DNA of 64,000 nt from Hyphochytrium catenoides (Eukaryota; Protista; Hyphochytriomycota), in NCBI GenBank assembly GCA_900088475.1, contig FLMG01001949.1:3800-67799 (forward strand). The letters are read 5' to 3'. The notes below the pieces were generated by a model, which was not told where the DNA came from, searched no databases, and saw nothing but the letters and a program-made list of their open reading frames with translations. Below are positions 1 to 15,500 of the stretch, in pieces (position 1 is the first letter of the stretch; each line of letters begins with the position of its first letter). Position numbers and translations under genes: made by a program.

Positions 1-564
1 CATCAGCCGCTAACCTCTGCCCTTTCCCAAATTCTCTGTTTATGCCGCGCCGTTTCTTAGGATTGACCTCCCTAGTTATTCTACTAAGCAAGAGCTGGAG
101 ACTGCTTTGACACTGGTCATCAACCTTGAAGTGACTGGCTTCACAATAGAGTAGACAAGTTGTATCATTAGTCCGATAGTTGTCGCCATCTGATAGTTCC
201 TTATCCCTTTTGCCCACCACCTCCTCCTTTGGACCTCGCTGAATGTACACGCCCTCCTTCCATTGCTGTCTTACAGCTTGGAGCATACTTATTTATTCTC
301 AATATATAAAAAACGCTAAACAGAATGTCTATACTGTCCTCTAATCAGAGACATCCACTCTTGTGCCAACACCGTCTAAAAGTGCTATGATTAGCTATGG
401 GAAGTGCCACGGACTCATGCACTGAAGAAAAATAACTTTCTTGGTGACCAGGGTGTTGGCAGCACTTTGCTTTTTACCCAGCGCTGTTGGTGCTTCATTA
501 AATCAATCAACGATCGCCAAGGTCAAACTCCAGCATACCATAGACGAAAATCTAGCAGCTTCAG

Positions 565-3500
565 CTACTCTCCTTTAAGATAAAAGACCCATGGAGGCAT
601 GTCAAGGTCGCTTCTACTTCTAACTAAGAGCTTGCCAGAAGCAGGCCCAGTAGCCCCTGCAGGGGGAGAGAACTTCACGATGATCTGCTTCGTCCCTCGG
701 GAGTCCACCTTCAGCTGTGACCCCGCAAGCGAAAAATCCTTATTGTCCACAGAGAGGGAAAACTCTTCTGCCTTGTTGAAGACATTGCGGAAATTGATGG
801 CGCACTGACCTCCTGGACTAATAGTGAAGGGGCCTTGGGGAAGAGGAGGAGAACATGTGCCGAGCAAAGGCACCACGTACTTGCCCGCTGTAGGGTGACT
901 AAGAGTTAGGGAATCCCTGGCTTCTCCAAGGGCCGATGGTTCAAAGTANNNNNNNNNNNNNNNNNNNNNNNNNNNNNNNNNNNNNNNNNNNNNNNNNNNN
1001 NNNNNNNTCAACGCTAAAGAAGTCTGGGTGGCCCACTGAGCAAGCAAACTCCAGCGGACCTTGTCCGTAGGCCACGAATTTATATGTCTGGACATGCGTC
1101 TCTCCTAGGTGACTCTTAAAGTGTAGCGCACGTTCTGAACCTGGTGGAGAGGTGATCAGAGAAAGCTTGTAAGGGAATATCCCTAATTCCTTGCATCTTA
1201 TGACTAAACTGCACTCAGTAGGTGCAGAGGTGAGTAGCAAAGGGCGGTATTCGACTTCGAAGCTGCCCTCAGAGCGCCCAGACATATCACCAAGCTGCCT
1301 CACACGGACCAAGGGAGAGGAACACTCCCACCACTTGTCTTCAAAGGTGACAACAGATGATGGTGGCAGTGGATTGTCCACAGTGATCACCTTGCGGCAG
1401 ATTTGTCTAAGAGGCGCCTCCATAACTATGGTCTCACTTGCCTCTGGCTCTGTCACCTCCACCACCACAGCCCAAGTGATATACTCTCGAGTCTCCTGGT
1501 TCTCGAAAGTCACGTTAAATTTCACTGTGGACTGCTTGAAGGCATAGAACTTTAGTGTGTAAGGCTTGCTGTTTAAGGGTGGAACGTCCACTGCCTGAGC
1601 TCCTTCTATGCGAACGGACAGGTCAGACGGATCGAGAGAGTTCCTCACGTGGAACCGCTGTGGAACTTTGAGCCAGTTTTCCACTGACAGGGAGATGGGG
1701 AGACAGCAGCGCGCAGGCGTGGTGACCTTCACTGTGCCAGAGAGGTCAGGCTCGGAAGCAGAGCCAATGAGCGAGAAAAGAAGAGCTGTGCCGTCAGGTA
1801 TAGAGAAGAAGAGGCTGCCTTTATGCTCCGGTATCGTCCCGTCAGCGGCTGGCACCGTCATAGAGAGAGGATGGTAGACCACTTCTATCTCTGTCTTGCC
1901 CTTAGCAGGCACATGAACAGTCTCCTGTAGGAGCCAATGCTCTCCATTTACCACTGGGAGGAGGTTCCATACCTGCTCTGAGGGATTTGTCAATGTGATC
2001 TTCTGCCTATCGTGGCCTCTGGCTTTAGCCCTAAACCTCAACTCTTTGATAGAAGACTCTGGATGCGGCACACAGGCACCTGTCAAATTCAGCACCAAGG
2101 CAGAGTGGCCCTCAATGTAGCAGCGCACGTTGGAGACATTGATGTCACTGTTAATCTTTTGCGGCTTGAATGTGACTTCAAATTTTAAATCTTTCTGAGG
2201 GAGTATCACGCCTTCGATGGGGGAAATGCTGAAGTCTGCCCCTAAAAGGCTCTGGTCCCACCTGAACTTGGCAAGCACATCTCCCTTGTTCTCCATCTAG
2301 ACAAAAGGAACCCTTAGATCGTGGTCTGTATCTCTTTCGGTGTGAGTGTATGGTGATGCATAATCTTGCTACGAGCATGCCGTATCACTTGGAAACCTAT
2401 TTGGCCTCTGATGCGAGGAAGGAACCTTACCTGGAGTTTCCTTGTGAGCTGACTACCAATGACCACCGGACCGAAGGGTAACGCATCGCTCTCCAGCTGT
2501 ACACTAATGCCTTGGCAAGCGCCAGAGAGTAGAAGAAGCTTCTTCGTCAAGCCTGCCACGGCATAGTGTAGTTCACCCGTAAACGGTTGCACTCTCTCTT
2601 TTGGAGAGAAGCTGAGATCAATGTTTGCTGACTCTCCTGGTTTAAGAGAGAAAGGAAAACGAGGACCGAAGGCGACAAAACGCTCTGCCAAGGTGCCCTC
2701 GTTGCCCGCTGGAGGCTCCACAAGTGCCACTTCTGCCGCTCTTTTAGAGCGATTGACCAATTTGACACTTCTTTGGGCTTGCTGACCAACCTGCAGTACA
2801 CCGAAGTCCACATTTTGGCTAGAAAGAGACCCAAGCTCCACCTTAGCTGCGGTGCCCTCTCCCATAACCACAACGTTTATAGTGGTAGTGCTATTTACAA
2901 GGAAAGGCACCTTCTCCGTATATATCTTGAGCTCTCGAGGATTGAAGAGAATCGGGACGTCAATGGATCGCAACGGGGCTAGAAGCAGCGGTTCGCACTT
3001 GACTTCTAAATATGGCTTTTTCTGGAAGAGACAGTCCAAAGTAATGTCGTGCTCAGGGTCATTGTTCGTCACCTTCAGTATGACCTGAGTTGAGACGCAG
3101 ACCCAGAGTCAGTTATGCTACAGTGCGGGAATGTTTAGATAGAAGGGTGATAGAGAAGGTAGTAGCCTAGGGTGCCTGAGAGTCATAACATTGAACCCGT
3201 GCGGTTAATGTGTCACGAGGCACGTTATTAGGCCATAATAGAGTAATAGATACCCATGCTCCTGAAGACCTTACCTGTTCCACCTGCGGCACTCCTCCCG
3301 GTGCCGTAATAAAGCACGGCCCAAAGTCATATGACTCAAAAGAGAAGTTTACGGCAGGCTTTACACCGCAGCCCTGCACTGTGATGACATACTGTCTTGC
3401 ACCTGCGGTGGTACAGACGAGCCTCACATCTTCCAGAGGCCTATCAGTAAGTGGAGAGAAGGTGGCACTGCACACTACTCTCTCGCCCTTCTTAACCACG

Positions 3501-6500
3501 CCTGACTCGGGTGTGACGGTGACCATAGGATTCTTGCTCTTACTCCAAATGAAGTCAAAGTTGAACCGGCCCGTGTTCACAATAACGACTTGCTTGACCT
3601 TTTTCTCATTGACCTTCACCGTTCCAAAGTCCATATAGTTCTGGCTGCCCAGATGCAAGACCTGGACGGGACTATTGGCTGCTGCGGTGTCATCCTGCAA
3701 AAGGAGCTGGGGAGACGAAGAAGGCGGAGATTAAAGCACAGCGGTTAAGTGATGAAGAGGGGACAATAAGTTAGGGACCACTAGAAGGAGAAATAGTGGA
3801 AAGGAAAAGAGCAATGTTCATAACGCGAAAAAGAGGGAAATAGAAGGGAACCCGACTTGTCCTTACCATAAGGAGGACGACCGCCAACGAAAAATAGCAA
3901 CTCAACTTAGAGACCCAGCTACAAGGTCTTACCTGGTCATGTATGGCATACCCTTCTCCTTTGATGTTCAAGGTGAGCCTTTGAGCCTTCTTCTTTACTA
4001 GACACACGACATTGTAGTTATGGCTCTTCTCCTCCTTTGGCGAGAACCTTACTTCAAGAGGGAGCTGCCCCTCTGGAGGAATAACCCCTGACATTGGGGA
4101 TATCTGTAAAACAGGAGTCCCCTCATCCTGGGTGCCCTCCGCGTCTAGTGACTGCCTGTCTATATTGAAGGCAAACGGGATATGTTCTTGATTGACAAGG
4201 CACACTGTCTCTGAAGCAAGGCCAGTTAAAAGCAGTGCTCCAAAGTTAATCCCTCCTCTGTTGAAGGAGACACGAGGCTCGTTGACAGAGCCTACGAAGA
4301 GGAAGAGCTCAGAAATGTTAAACTGAGGGATCTTGAACCTGTTTGGCGGATGCGCAGGGATAAGTAGGAATGAAAGGAGTTAGATCTCTTGTCATATTGC
4401 CCCATTAATCTCTGTCGTCCTCTTTGTCATCTTTCAACTCTACCCCCCACCGCCTCGTATCCTGCTTGACACCAAAGGCTCTCTCTCTCTCTNNNNNNNN
4501 NNNNNNNNNNNNNNNNNNNNNNNNNNNNNNNNNNNNNNNNNCTCTCTTTCTTTCTCTCTCTCTCTTTCTTTCTCTCTCTCTCTCTCTCGGTCTCTCTCTC
4601 TCTCTCGCGTCAACGTTAGTCCTACCTCCAGAAGCTCTCTTTTAAGTTAACATCCACTGGAGTGAACTCAAACGCCATTTCAAACTTCTTTCCCGCTAGC
4701 ATGAGTCCCTTCTCCGAAGCGCACCGGAAGGCTGGACTACTTTCACCCTCTGGTTCCCACACAAACTCATAAGACACATTTGTCGTGTTTACGACGTAGA
4801 ATCTCTTCGTATTCTTGACCTTGATGCCGAGAGAGTCAATCTCAAGGACGTGGATTGAAGTGTCCAATGGGCCCAGTTCTCCATGGGGCCCAGGTAACTC
4901 GGGAGAGCGATGCTGGGCGTAGTCCGATTGAGGGACCTCGAAGTGGCAGATAGGGCGATAAGCCGATCCTGTGGTAAGGATCTCCATACCCTTGTAGACA
5001 GGAGTGCTGGCAGAGCTGCGGCATCGGAAAAGAAAGCGCATATCATCAATCTCTACGGGAGTGAAAGTCACGACAAAGGTGGCCGTCTCCAGAGGAAGTA
5101 TCCGTCCGGACTGTGGGCTAATGGCGAAGGGGCACGGAGGGGAAGTCTTGTCTCCTCCGACGTAGGAGGCCTCCCAAACATACGGCATAGAGATCTGGCT
5201 GAGGTTTCTCACCGTAAATTTATGAGAACGGGTTCGAAACATCGCTGTCGAACGGAAATTTAACTCCTTGATGGAGCATTCGTACGAAAGAGCGTCGGCT
5301 GCCGCAGAGACCTTCAGGATCATGTCAGAAGAAGGAGAGAGTGCGGTGAAAGAAGGCTCCTTGAGCGTAGTGTCCACTCGAGCTGAGAGGGGAGGTTGCG
5401 CTTCGGAGGGCGACGAAGTAGGGAAATGAACTTCTCTTCTGGAGTCATCCCAGCTATTCTCTTCGTGCCTCTCCAGGTTGATTCGTTGCACGATTAGCTT
5501 GAATTGTTCGGCCTTAAACGAGAGAGCCGGCAAAGGAGACAATCCTTCCTCTCTACTCTCTCTCTTCACGATGAAACTCACAGTAGCCTGTTTGGCTTCA
5601 TTAGGGAACAGATGTCCAGCGGATGGGGAAAAGGAGAAGTAGGGATGGGAGGGCCACTGGAAACGGACGACATCTTGAGAGTTATTCTTCAGAGTTAACG
5701 TCTTATCGGTCTGGAAGACGCCGGATGACGAGGATGTCAAAGAAGAAAGATCCATGTCCTCAAAGACAAGTTCGTCACCAGCCTCCGAAGATAGGTCTTC
5801 AAAGGTGATGATGTCTTGGAAGGCGTGCCCTGTCAACCTCAGCACTGTGTCCTCGAACTGGTTCTGGATGACGCTGATCTTCATCTCGCACTTCTCACCT
5901 TCGGAGCTCCCCACTGCTGCATCTCCACCAGATCTCTGCCCGACTTCATGAGGAGAGTAGAAAAGGAAAAGTGTTTCACTCTGCTTTGGCTCTAGCTTGA
6001 TGGAGGCATTTCGGCCAGCTGAGAAAGAGAAAGACGGATGCGAGGGCATGGAGAACAGGACCGTCGATGGCACAAGTCCGTCGTTTCGCAGCACGAGGGG
6101 AAGCTGCTTCTTCTTTCCTACCCTGACTCGGTCAAACTGCAACAGTAAGGCCCCGTCCGCGTCAGTCTTGGATGGCTTCTCTATAGTTACGCAGGGCAAG
6201 GTTCCCTCGCCTGCATGGAAGTAAGGACGTTGGATGAAGCAGGAACGTCAGCAGGGGTAAGTGTTCATGGGCGGGCGAAATCAGTGAAAGGTTGTTAGGA
6301 GAGTGGACAGTTCGAGGTTTCCGAACACCTAGCCTCACTAAGTGACCTAGAGAGAGCGTAATGCCCCTCCGGCATGTCAGGAAAGACCTCTAGTACCGGG
6401 CTCCTACTCACCAGCCAGTTCGAACTCCAACTTATTGGTGGTAGGATCCGATCCATCCTCCACAGAAGCAACGAATTGCCCTCCATACTGTTGGAGGAGT

Positions 6501-9500
6501 GTTGGCCTAAAATAAACCGAGATGTACCGGTACTCATGAGGAGGGATGTCGAGGCTAGTAGGTTGGACAGAGAACGCATCTGAGCTCTTTATACCTACGA
6601 GTTCCCAGACGAGCGAGTTTGAAAGCGTCAGATTGGAGCCTAGAGCATAAGGAAGGATATACATCGGCGAGAATCTACCTCTAACCCAAAAACAATGACT
6701 ATATCAAGAAGATGGATAATTAGCGGAAGGGGAAGCTATGAAATGACCGCTAGAATGCACCTAGTAACGTCAAGGAGCTTACCAAGGGCATGTGGTTTGA
6801 CCTCAAAATTCACATGCGCTTTGACCTTCGTAGGATTACTGATTCGGAACTTCTGTTGCACGCCGTTCGGGTGGGAGGAAGGCACGATGGCACCAAAGAG
6901 GAAAGTCCGCTCTTCAATGACGAATATGCCATCTTTCTTTTCTCCTTCTCCTAGAGATCGAATGATACGTTGCTCCTCAAAGATTGACTCAAAGTCCGTG
7001 GTGTTGATGCCTGGAAAGCAGCTCTCTCCCACCAGTTCGTAGTGCAGACTTTTGGTCTGCTCACTGTCTTCGTGGTCCCTACCACTGATCTCTATCAAGA
7101 TGTCCTCTCGGTACAAGTGTTCATCCTTTGGAAGGAATTTGATCTAGTAGAAAGGAGCAACCCAGTTGTAGGCAACATTAGCCTACATTTATCAACCTAA
7201 TGCTGGATATACAGCTGAACAACAGTCCACACGTTGAGATCTAAGGAGCTAAGGAGGCCAGTAGACTTCGACTTACCTCTATAATGGCCATAGCGCCTGG
7301 CACAAGCTTCCCGCTTCTGGGACTCATCTCAAATTGTCCCACTCTGAAAGAAGTGTTGGAATCCACTTTGCTGATGTCCTTCGTGCTTTCCCTTGCTTTC
7401 TCCACTGTAGTCTTAGAGCCATCGAAGAGGCAGAAGTTGAACTCAAATTCGCCCTCATTCTTGATCTCCATGCGTTTGTCTTTGGGAATATCTTTGTAGC
7501 TCATCGCGCCGAAGTTTATTCCCCTAGAGTTTAAAGGTGCGCGTCGATTGAACAGTATGAGATGGGGGAATATGAAGGCAGCAATGTGCAGTTAACGAAT
7601 TCTGTACCGGCTGGGCTGGATGCGGAACTTGCTGAAAACTGAGCGCACGGAGAGCTGCAGATTGAATTCGTGATGTTGCTCGCCGGTGCTGCCTTCCATG
7701 ATAAGGCAGCGGATGTCTTTATTGTCGCGGAAAGTGACTTCGGCCGAGGATTGGAAGCGGACCACAATCTTCTTCACCTACAGACACAAAGCATGATGAA
7801 GTGAGAAGTCGGAGTAAGTGATAAGCTTGTTTAAGTAGGTAGAGGTATTGACAAATATGGTTTCGGCAGGCGGAAGAAAGCTGTGGGGAGAACAAAGCAT
7901 GAGAGTGAGAGGACAGCCAAGTTCATGGTGAGCTCATTGTTACATAAGTTGGAGTTGCGGACGTCATCATCCTTGAGGCGCTTACTGACCTCTCCAGGGT
8001 CCAGGGAACCCTCCATTGGCTCCACCTGAAACACTTGCGCTGTAGTCGCCTTTCTGATGTTAAACTTATATCTGATGGAGTATTTGCCTTGATTCCGCAT
8101 ATTATAGTGACGAACATCGGTGTCTCCTACGCGGTGAAGCCCGAAGTCAAACACTCCGTCCAGTCTCTCCCCTTTATCATCCTCGAAGGAGCAAACGTCA
8201 ATCTTGTACGCCTCGGCGAGACACTTTATTTTTAGAGTCTGCGTCCTCGGATCCACAGGGTTGAGCTCGCTCTCAGCGTCTGCATATATGACTAGTAGGT
8301 TCCCGTTAAAAACTCTTTCCTCTCGTGCAGTGAACTGGACTGTGATCCTGGTCTCTTGATCTACATTTAAGGAAGCAAATAATTAAGCGTATGTGAGAAC
8401 CTGAGGAAGCGCTGAACTCCAGTTGCGGTCCACAACTGATACCTGGCTTTGTGATCCCACGCGAAGGAGTTACACTGAACTCTTCCGTTAGACCGCTAGC
8501 GGGGTCCACAGAGACTAACCATGCGACTGGGACGGACGAGGTATTTTTGATGACGAAGGTCTTTTCTTCCTGTCTTCCTAACAGTAGGCGATCGAAGTCA
8601 ATCTTCCTCCAGCTTTCCCAGTCCAATGAGCCTTCCTGTTCGGTCTCTCCGGTCGATGGAGGCTTAGCTACGGAGGGCTCTCCTTTTCTAGCGCTTTTCT
8701 TGGAGCTTGGACGAACGATTGCTCCTCCTGCCTCGGTGCTTCTAGACGTCGTCTTGGCTGGCTCTTCCCAAGGTCCAAGAAGGTCAATGTGTGGCTGAGA
8801 TCCTGCACAGCTGAAATTGAAGACTACAGGCTCTGGATTATCTCGGATGCAGCATATGAGCTGATCCTCGTATTCTTTACTTTCTTGAGGGAATGCCCAT
8901 ACTTCAACCTCGGCTGTTTCTCCTTCAGGAAGCGTTAGACTCGATGGTCGGACCCTGAAAGCTCCGGATGAGCTCTTTCCGCTTTGGCTCATGACTGACA
9001 GCATCTGCAATTCTACTTTTGCCTCAAACTTGCTGTTGTTAGACAAGCGAATGATCTCTTTATGAGCCACAAGAGAGGGTTCGAAGAGACTCTTATCCTT
9101 CACTTTCTCAATTAAGGAGAAGTCTTTGCCGGAGAGAAGCGGGCCAAACTCAAAAACTCCCTTGCTAACGACAAACTTTTTCTGCACAATGGTGCTCTCC
9201 TGCTTGCTCTTCACTCTCCGCATAAAGACATTCCTTGGATCACTGTTGATCGAAGGCGTCGCGCAGTTTCCAAAGAGAAAGAGTGAGTACTCTTTTGACG
9301 GATTACCTAATATCTCAAAGCCCATAGTCGTAGAGAGCTTCCCGATAGTGTCGGACGAAAATTCTATTGTCAGGGAGACCGATTCTTTGGGCGGAAGAAT
9401 CCAACGAACTTTTCGCGCAGCAACCAAAGCCTCTAAACCAGAACCGCTTGATTTGGTCGATTGAGAGAACGAGGAACTTTCATCCGGGACCAGACGGAAG

Positions 9501-12500
9501 CTGGGATTGCTTGGCCTCTGTTGACGCATTGCAGATGAGAGGACGGGTCAACCACATACAGAAATAGGAATCAGCATAAAAACTCGGTAAGATCTGCAAG
9601 GGCTGACTGAGGTGAACTCCTTGACTAGAAAAGATAGAACAGTTAAGGGATAGACCGTAAAGGTAGCCCTGTAAGCACTTACAGCTATTCTTGGTCCTGC
9701 GCGCCTCCAAAGTTGATAATCATTAACGTCTGCTGGCACTGGAGGTTGAGCCGCATCACTCGCCACCTCAATATTCAGCGTTTGCAGCACCTGGGAAGCA
9801 ATGTCTTCTTGCGATTGCTCCAGTGCCAGCGGGATTGAAAGAACCGAAGGTTGTTTAGGCGAGAATCCTGACTTGCTGTGGCTTTCTGTACTAGAGACTT
9901 GCTGAACAAGCTGCATCGCTGTGGCTCTGCTGGCCTGAGACGCTTGAAGGAGCTGCTTCAGGTCTGCTTTCTGCTTTGCGTTGGAGGCTAAAGCTTCCTC
10001 TACCTCTCCCTTGGTTCTGCGAAGCTCCACTTCTTTCTCTCTTTGTATTGCATCTATCCTTTTGGCATTTGCATAGTTTTCTCTATCCTCTTCAGACATT
10101 GCTTCAACGGTTTGACTATCGAACTCCTGAAAGCCTGCAAGTGGGGGAATAGGTCAGCGCAACCAAAACTGAGCCGCGCAACGCAAACTCAAATCTCTGC
10201 ATATCGGATCAAGAGTCACGCGTAGATATTTCTCTTACCATTAGAACTCAAGGTGGATAGCTCGGTGTTTAGAGTGGCTAACCGTTGCTCCAGAGACACT
10301 TTCGCTACCTCACACCTGCCTGCCACATACTTCTCGTCTCCGTCAAGGGTGACGACCGTCAGATTCTGAAGACTGAGTGACAGCACTTCAAGGACGTGCG
10401 TTGAAGGTTCAAGATAAGAAGAGCTGATTTGGGATATTATAGCCCCGACACAATCTTCTTGCTTTTCCAGATGCCATCTCAGGACCGCCGCCGCAATTTC
10501 CTTGGACACCACACGAGCTTGTAGTGCTGCACCAGATGCTGATGAACGTGGAGGGGGCACAGGTTCAGTCTGGAGACATTGCATCAATTTGCTTCTTAAA
10601 GGATTTGTGGATTGTTCATCGCCTATCATCGCTATAACGGCATCGTCGAGGGACGCAAGGGCCATCCCCATCCTTTGAGAGAGCAGGCGAGCAACTTCGG
10701 AAACTTCTGAAGCCAAGGGCCCAATGATGACAACGTCTCTAGCGAGACCACGATCTCTTCGAGTGGCCGGATGCGGAGGAATGTATGCTCCTCTTTCATT
10801 GTAGCATCTCCGAGCATATTCTTTGCAGACGCAAGGCTGGATACCCTCTCCAGGCGTTCGGACAGGGAGGCGTAAACAATCGTCTGGACCGTAGCCAACC
10901 ATTTCTCGTAGCATTGTTTCCTCTTGAGCATACTGCTCGTCGAAGTCCAAGGAATAGATTTCCACTGGCCAATCGCTCTCGTTGATCAATGCCACACTCT
11001 TCCTACAGGGCCGACTGTATGGCAGAATGGCACCCATATCAAGCATCGGTGGATCAAAGCGAATTGATGAGAGTATTCCGTGGCCCTTCAATGTGAGGTT
11101 GGTCACCTTGGGGTTCTCATTGATCTTGATCGGGAGCTTAGCATTGTACGATCGCCCTTCAATGGGAACAAACTCAATCTTTACCGTTGTGCTCTCTCCT
11201 GGCTGCAGAGTGCCCTGCATTGGCTCCATTTGAAAGAAGGATAGGTCTTTTGCCTTAGACAGTGCCTTCTTGACTGCCCACTCAGACAAAACTGGTCCAG
11301 GATTACTAAAATGCAGTGTGATGACACGGCAGTTGCCTACTAAGACCCGCTCGAAGTCTAACACCTCTTTGCTTACTTTCAGCTCCGGTACGCAGACATT
11401 TGCTTTCATTCTTACAACTACCACCGGACCATTCCGGATCTGCAGTGGAAGATCAACAGAAAGAGGCCCAACGCTCCTATTTTTGGATGCTGTGAACCAG
11501 GAGTGAAACTCCACAGTCTCTCCGTCAGGCAGCTTCACCACTTTCTCTGGCTCCAGGTTAAACCCCACAGCAACGCAGAGATTTTTGTCGAAATCTAAGG
11601 AGACAGGGCATCGACCTACGTTGGTCAAACGGAACTTCCTCAGCTTTTTGGAGCCCATCACGACATTGCCGAAGTCACAAGTGTATACACAAGAGACGAA
11701 GTCAGGAGCTTCCAATTTTCCGACGTCTCTTTCTTCCTTCTCAGGACGTGCTTTCACTTTGCTCGAGACTTTTGTCGAAGATAAACCTTCATCACCCTGC
11801 TGGGGGTTGTCTTCCTGTAAGAAGCAGCCACCGACGGATGGAATACAGCTGTTTTAGTAAGAACTTATTGCAGAAAGAGACACGACAGCTCCAGAGTTAG
11901 CGTATCCTTTGACAACAAAGAGACAGGGTAAGGTGAAGGCTCGCTGAAACAGGAGGTGGCTTCAAACAAGCGGAAGAGAGGAATGTCTGTTGTTACCTCA
12001 GGTGCCTCCCCCTCATCTTGCTCCTGCTCCTCGATTTCTACTGCTGCTTGTGGCTGCATACTCTTCCGTTCCTTCAAATAGTTGGCAAAGGCAAGACGAG
12101 TCGCTTCGGCCTCTATGTCAGAAGGAGTGGGCTCTCTCTTGAAGAGCCAAGGGACAGATTCCTTCTCCTGGTTAGTCTCTGCAGAAGGTAAAAGGAGCCA
12201 CGTGATGGTGTGAGATAGTTGCCTTCCCTTCTGCTTCCCTCAGTGCTTTCTGTCTCCTGCTTAGCTTTCTCTTACCCCTCTGCCTATTCTTAGGGGTTCT
12301 ATCCCCATCTCTCAACCTCCATTCGGCACTTTATCGTAACGGCTTCATCTCTCTTACCAGCTGTGCCTGGTGGGCCCATGGGACCTTTGCGAGGAGATTT
12401 CGATGGTCCTGTGCCCGTTCTAGAACTCGTGTAAGTACTCCGAGCAGTCCCTGATACCGTACGAGCAGTGGCCCCAACCTTGCCGGTAGGGCTGGAGGAA

Positions 12501-15500
12501 GCTGGCGGGCCAAGGAAACTATCTACAGCTATCTCTGGAGGAAATACAACGTCTTTCTGTCGTCGAAGATTCTCTTCCGCTTCCAAAAGAAGTTGGTCAT
12601 AGGAATGTTTTGTGCTAAACTCTTCATCGCGAGGAAGAGAAAGGGAGATGGAAGCCGAGGTGCTAAGCCCTGCAATGCAGAACTCAAAAGGAGGGTAGTG
12701 AGCGATTTCCAGTATAATTTCCTCCATAATGCACTCTGGCCATCCTGGAGACAGCTTTACAGAGATACGCTGCTTCTCGTTGCCAAACACTTTTCCATGC
12801 TTGGGGGATATCTTGATCATGTCTGGCCGCGATAGAGCTTCAGTCCGGATATTGAAGGAAAAAGAAACTTTGCCAGTGTTAACAATGTAAAAGTCTCGCT
12901 CCTCTGTCCTGTCATAGAGAAGCTGGCCAAAGTCCAGGAAGTACTTGTCCAGCTTGAATGTGGTAGTGGACGCTTCTCCTACTAGACTCAATTCGTATTC
13001 TGGACCGCCCTTTGCCTCACAAACAACCTGTGCCTTGAACTTACGGTTCGCATGGCCGTAGTACGTCAGCTCGACATTCTGACTCTGGCCTGCGCGGATT
13101 AACGACCTGATAGGCATGAGGTCGAACACCTGTTAAGATAGGAAGTATATTTTATTTGTTAGTTGGTTCACGAAAGGAGTTTGTACCCCACTCACGTCGC
13201 GTCCAGCCTTCAAATTTAAGACCAAAAGAGTAGTTATTAAGGTGTAGAAGGCTTAGGGAAGAAGGAGGGTACAAAGGAGCAAGGAGATACGTCTAGCTAG
13301 TGCTAAAGCTGAGCCGGATGAAAGAGAGAGGAAGGTATCGCTTACGGCTTCCATATTACCACCAGATCTCTTTCCGCACCTGATTAATAGGAATGTAAGG
13401 CTTGCTAGCAGTGGCCACAGAGCGGGCTTCTTCTTCATCCTCCAAGAAGGCCCAGGAGATCTCTGCATCTACCTTGGATGTATTGGTCACTTTCACTTGC
13501 ATGGCCTTCGACGTGTCGTTCAATATACAACCAAAGTCGATCTTCGTATACTCAAACTCTAAGTTGGGGAAACAAGTCTCCCCCCTCAGGTCTATGCTGT
13601 CTCTCTGGGGATGCTCTTGATAGACAATGGTAACTTTGCTATCGATAACTCGGCTTTGTTTATCCCCTTTGAACCCTGGGTCGAAGTCAACCGTCACAGC
13701 GGCGCTCTCTCCCGGGCGAAGTGAGCACTCGGTGGTCCCAATAGAGAAAGGAGCCTACATTGACGGTTAGCTTGACGCTCCCACCTGTTGCGTCTGTCTT
13801 TGTTGCGTCCCACGCCTCAAACCAACCCATTACGAGGCCCTTGGCCCTTCTGTTAGTCATCCTTTGTCTTTTCTCAATAGTTATTCTCAATCATCTGCGT
13901 ATATTTGTCTCTCTTTTCTTCTTATTCTCTCTCCTTTCTCTCTTCTCTCTCTCTCTCTCTCTCTCTGTCTCTTTTGTCCTCGTTCATCCTTGGTGGCCTC
14001 TACAATCTTTCGTCAGTCTCACCTGCGCCCGGAGTGTGAAAGATAGCGGCAGCTCAGAGGAGTTAGTTAAGGTGAGTGGCTGGCTCTGGACCTTTGGAGC
14101 AGTGTCAGGACTATACACATAAATATATTCCAAGCGGCTCTTGGAGGGCTGCACGAGGGGGTTAATGAAATGCGCTCTCGCTGAGCAGGTGAAGGCAATC
14201 TTGCTAGCCTTTTCTTGCGGGACTTTGCTTTCGCAAACTAAAACGTTCTGGATGTCTCCGGGGGTCGGAGAGCAACCCCTAATTGTGAAGGTACAGGCTG
14301 TCATAGGCTTGAGCTCAATCGTTTCAGGAATGACCATGAAGATTGGCTCTTCTGGCACTTTCGCATCCTTCTCTTTCTTTTTGGTCTTGCCTTTGACTGG
14401 ATCCGACTTTTCTCTCTTCAGACCTTCGACCAATGTGTCTTTGAAGGTTTTGTTAACCCAGCTGACAATGTGGTTCCTCCTCCCCCTATTCTCCAGAAGA
14501 TATTTCTTTTCGAACGTGCGGTTGGTTAGCTGGTGGCCGAAGTCAATGACGCTCAGATCCTCCTCACAGTGCAAGGTCGTGCCAACACCCTTGGCAGTCA
14601 AAGGGATAATAAGTGTCTCTCCTTCAGTCACTATGATGTGCAGACAGTCAGCGTGTGCCACCGTGTCATCGAGGTTGGCGAATAGGGTGAGCTCAAACGT
14701 CTCCCCTGGGAGGACCACGCCCTCTCGCAGATCAACTCTAAAGCGTGAGCGAGGATGCTTAACGAAGGTCTTGAATGGAGCAGGAATCAGTGTCGGGTTG
14801 ACAAGCTTCAAAATCTTTGGATGATCGGTCAAGCACTTTATATTGCCCCAGTTCGCCTCTTGATTGTCAAGCTTCAAATATGGGCCCTCACCCTTACAAC
14901 TGAGATTTCCCGCAAGAGGTACATCAGCTCCCACAGCCCTTATATAGAAAGGCAGCCGCATGTTACCCAGCCGCTCACAGATGAGTCGTATGTCAAGCTT
15001 CGCCTTCGCATTGGCCGGAATAATACCCTTCCCTGGTAGGATCTCATAGCTGGCAACCACCTGGGTGGACTCATCCTGAGGGACCACTTCGTACTTGACA
15101 GGCAGAGGGGATTTGTTGACCAGAGTGACGGAACTAGTCACGGGATACCGCAGATAACAGCTGCCAAAGGGTACATCAGCTGCTTCTAGCTCCAGCTTAG
15201 GCGCTTGGCAATGTGCATGAATGGGGAGAGAGAGAAGATCTTCTCCTACTCCTTCTACATCGACGACCAAATAGTAATCGTACTTCTTGACACTGTTGGA
15301 GTTGAGAGTGAGCTTAATCTTCCCATACGATTTCGGCCCAATCTCCCCTTGTGTCGGAAAGATATGAAACTCTTTTCGGGTATGTTGTCCATCCTGCGGT
15401 ACCCGTAGCTTGTACTTGATCGGAATCTCGGAGGTGTTATGCAAAGTCACCTCTTGAGTCTGAGGAATGTCATAAGGAATGACTCCAAAGTCAATGCTAT

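Noticed and set aside
941-1095. Apparent frameshift near the HYDIN C-terminus
   Set aside because: It falls in the N-gap at 949-1007 and is probably a gap-length artefact or a hidden intron.
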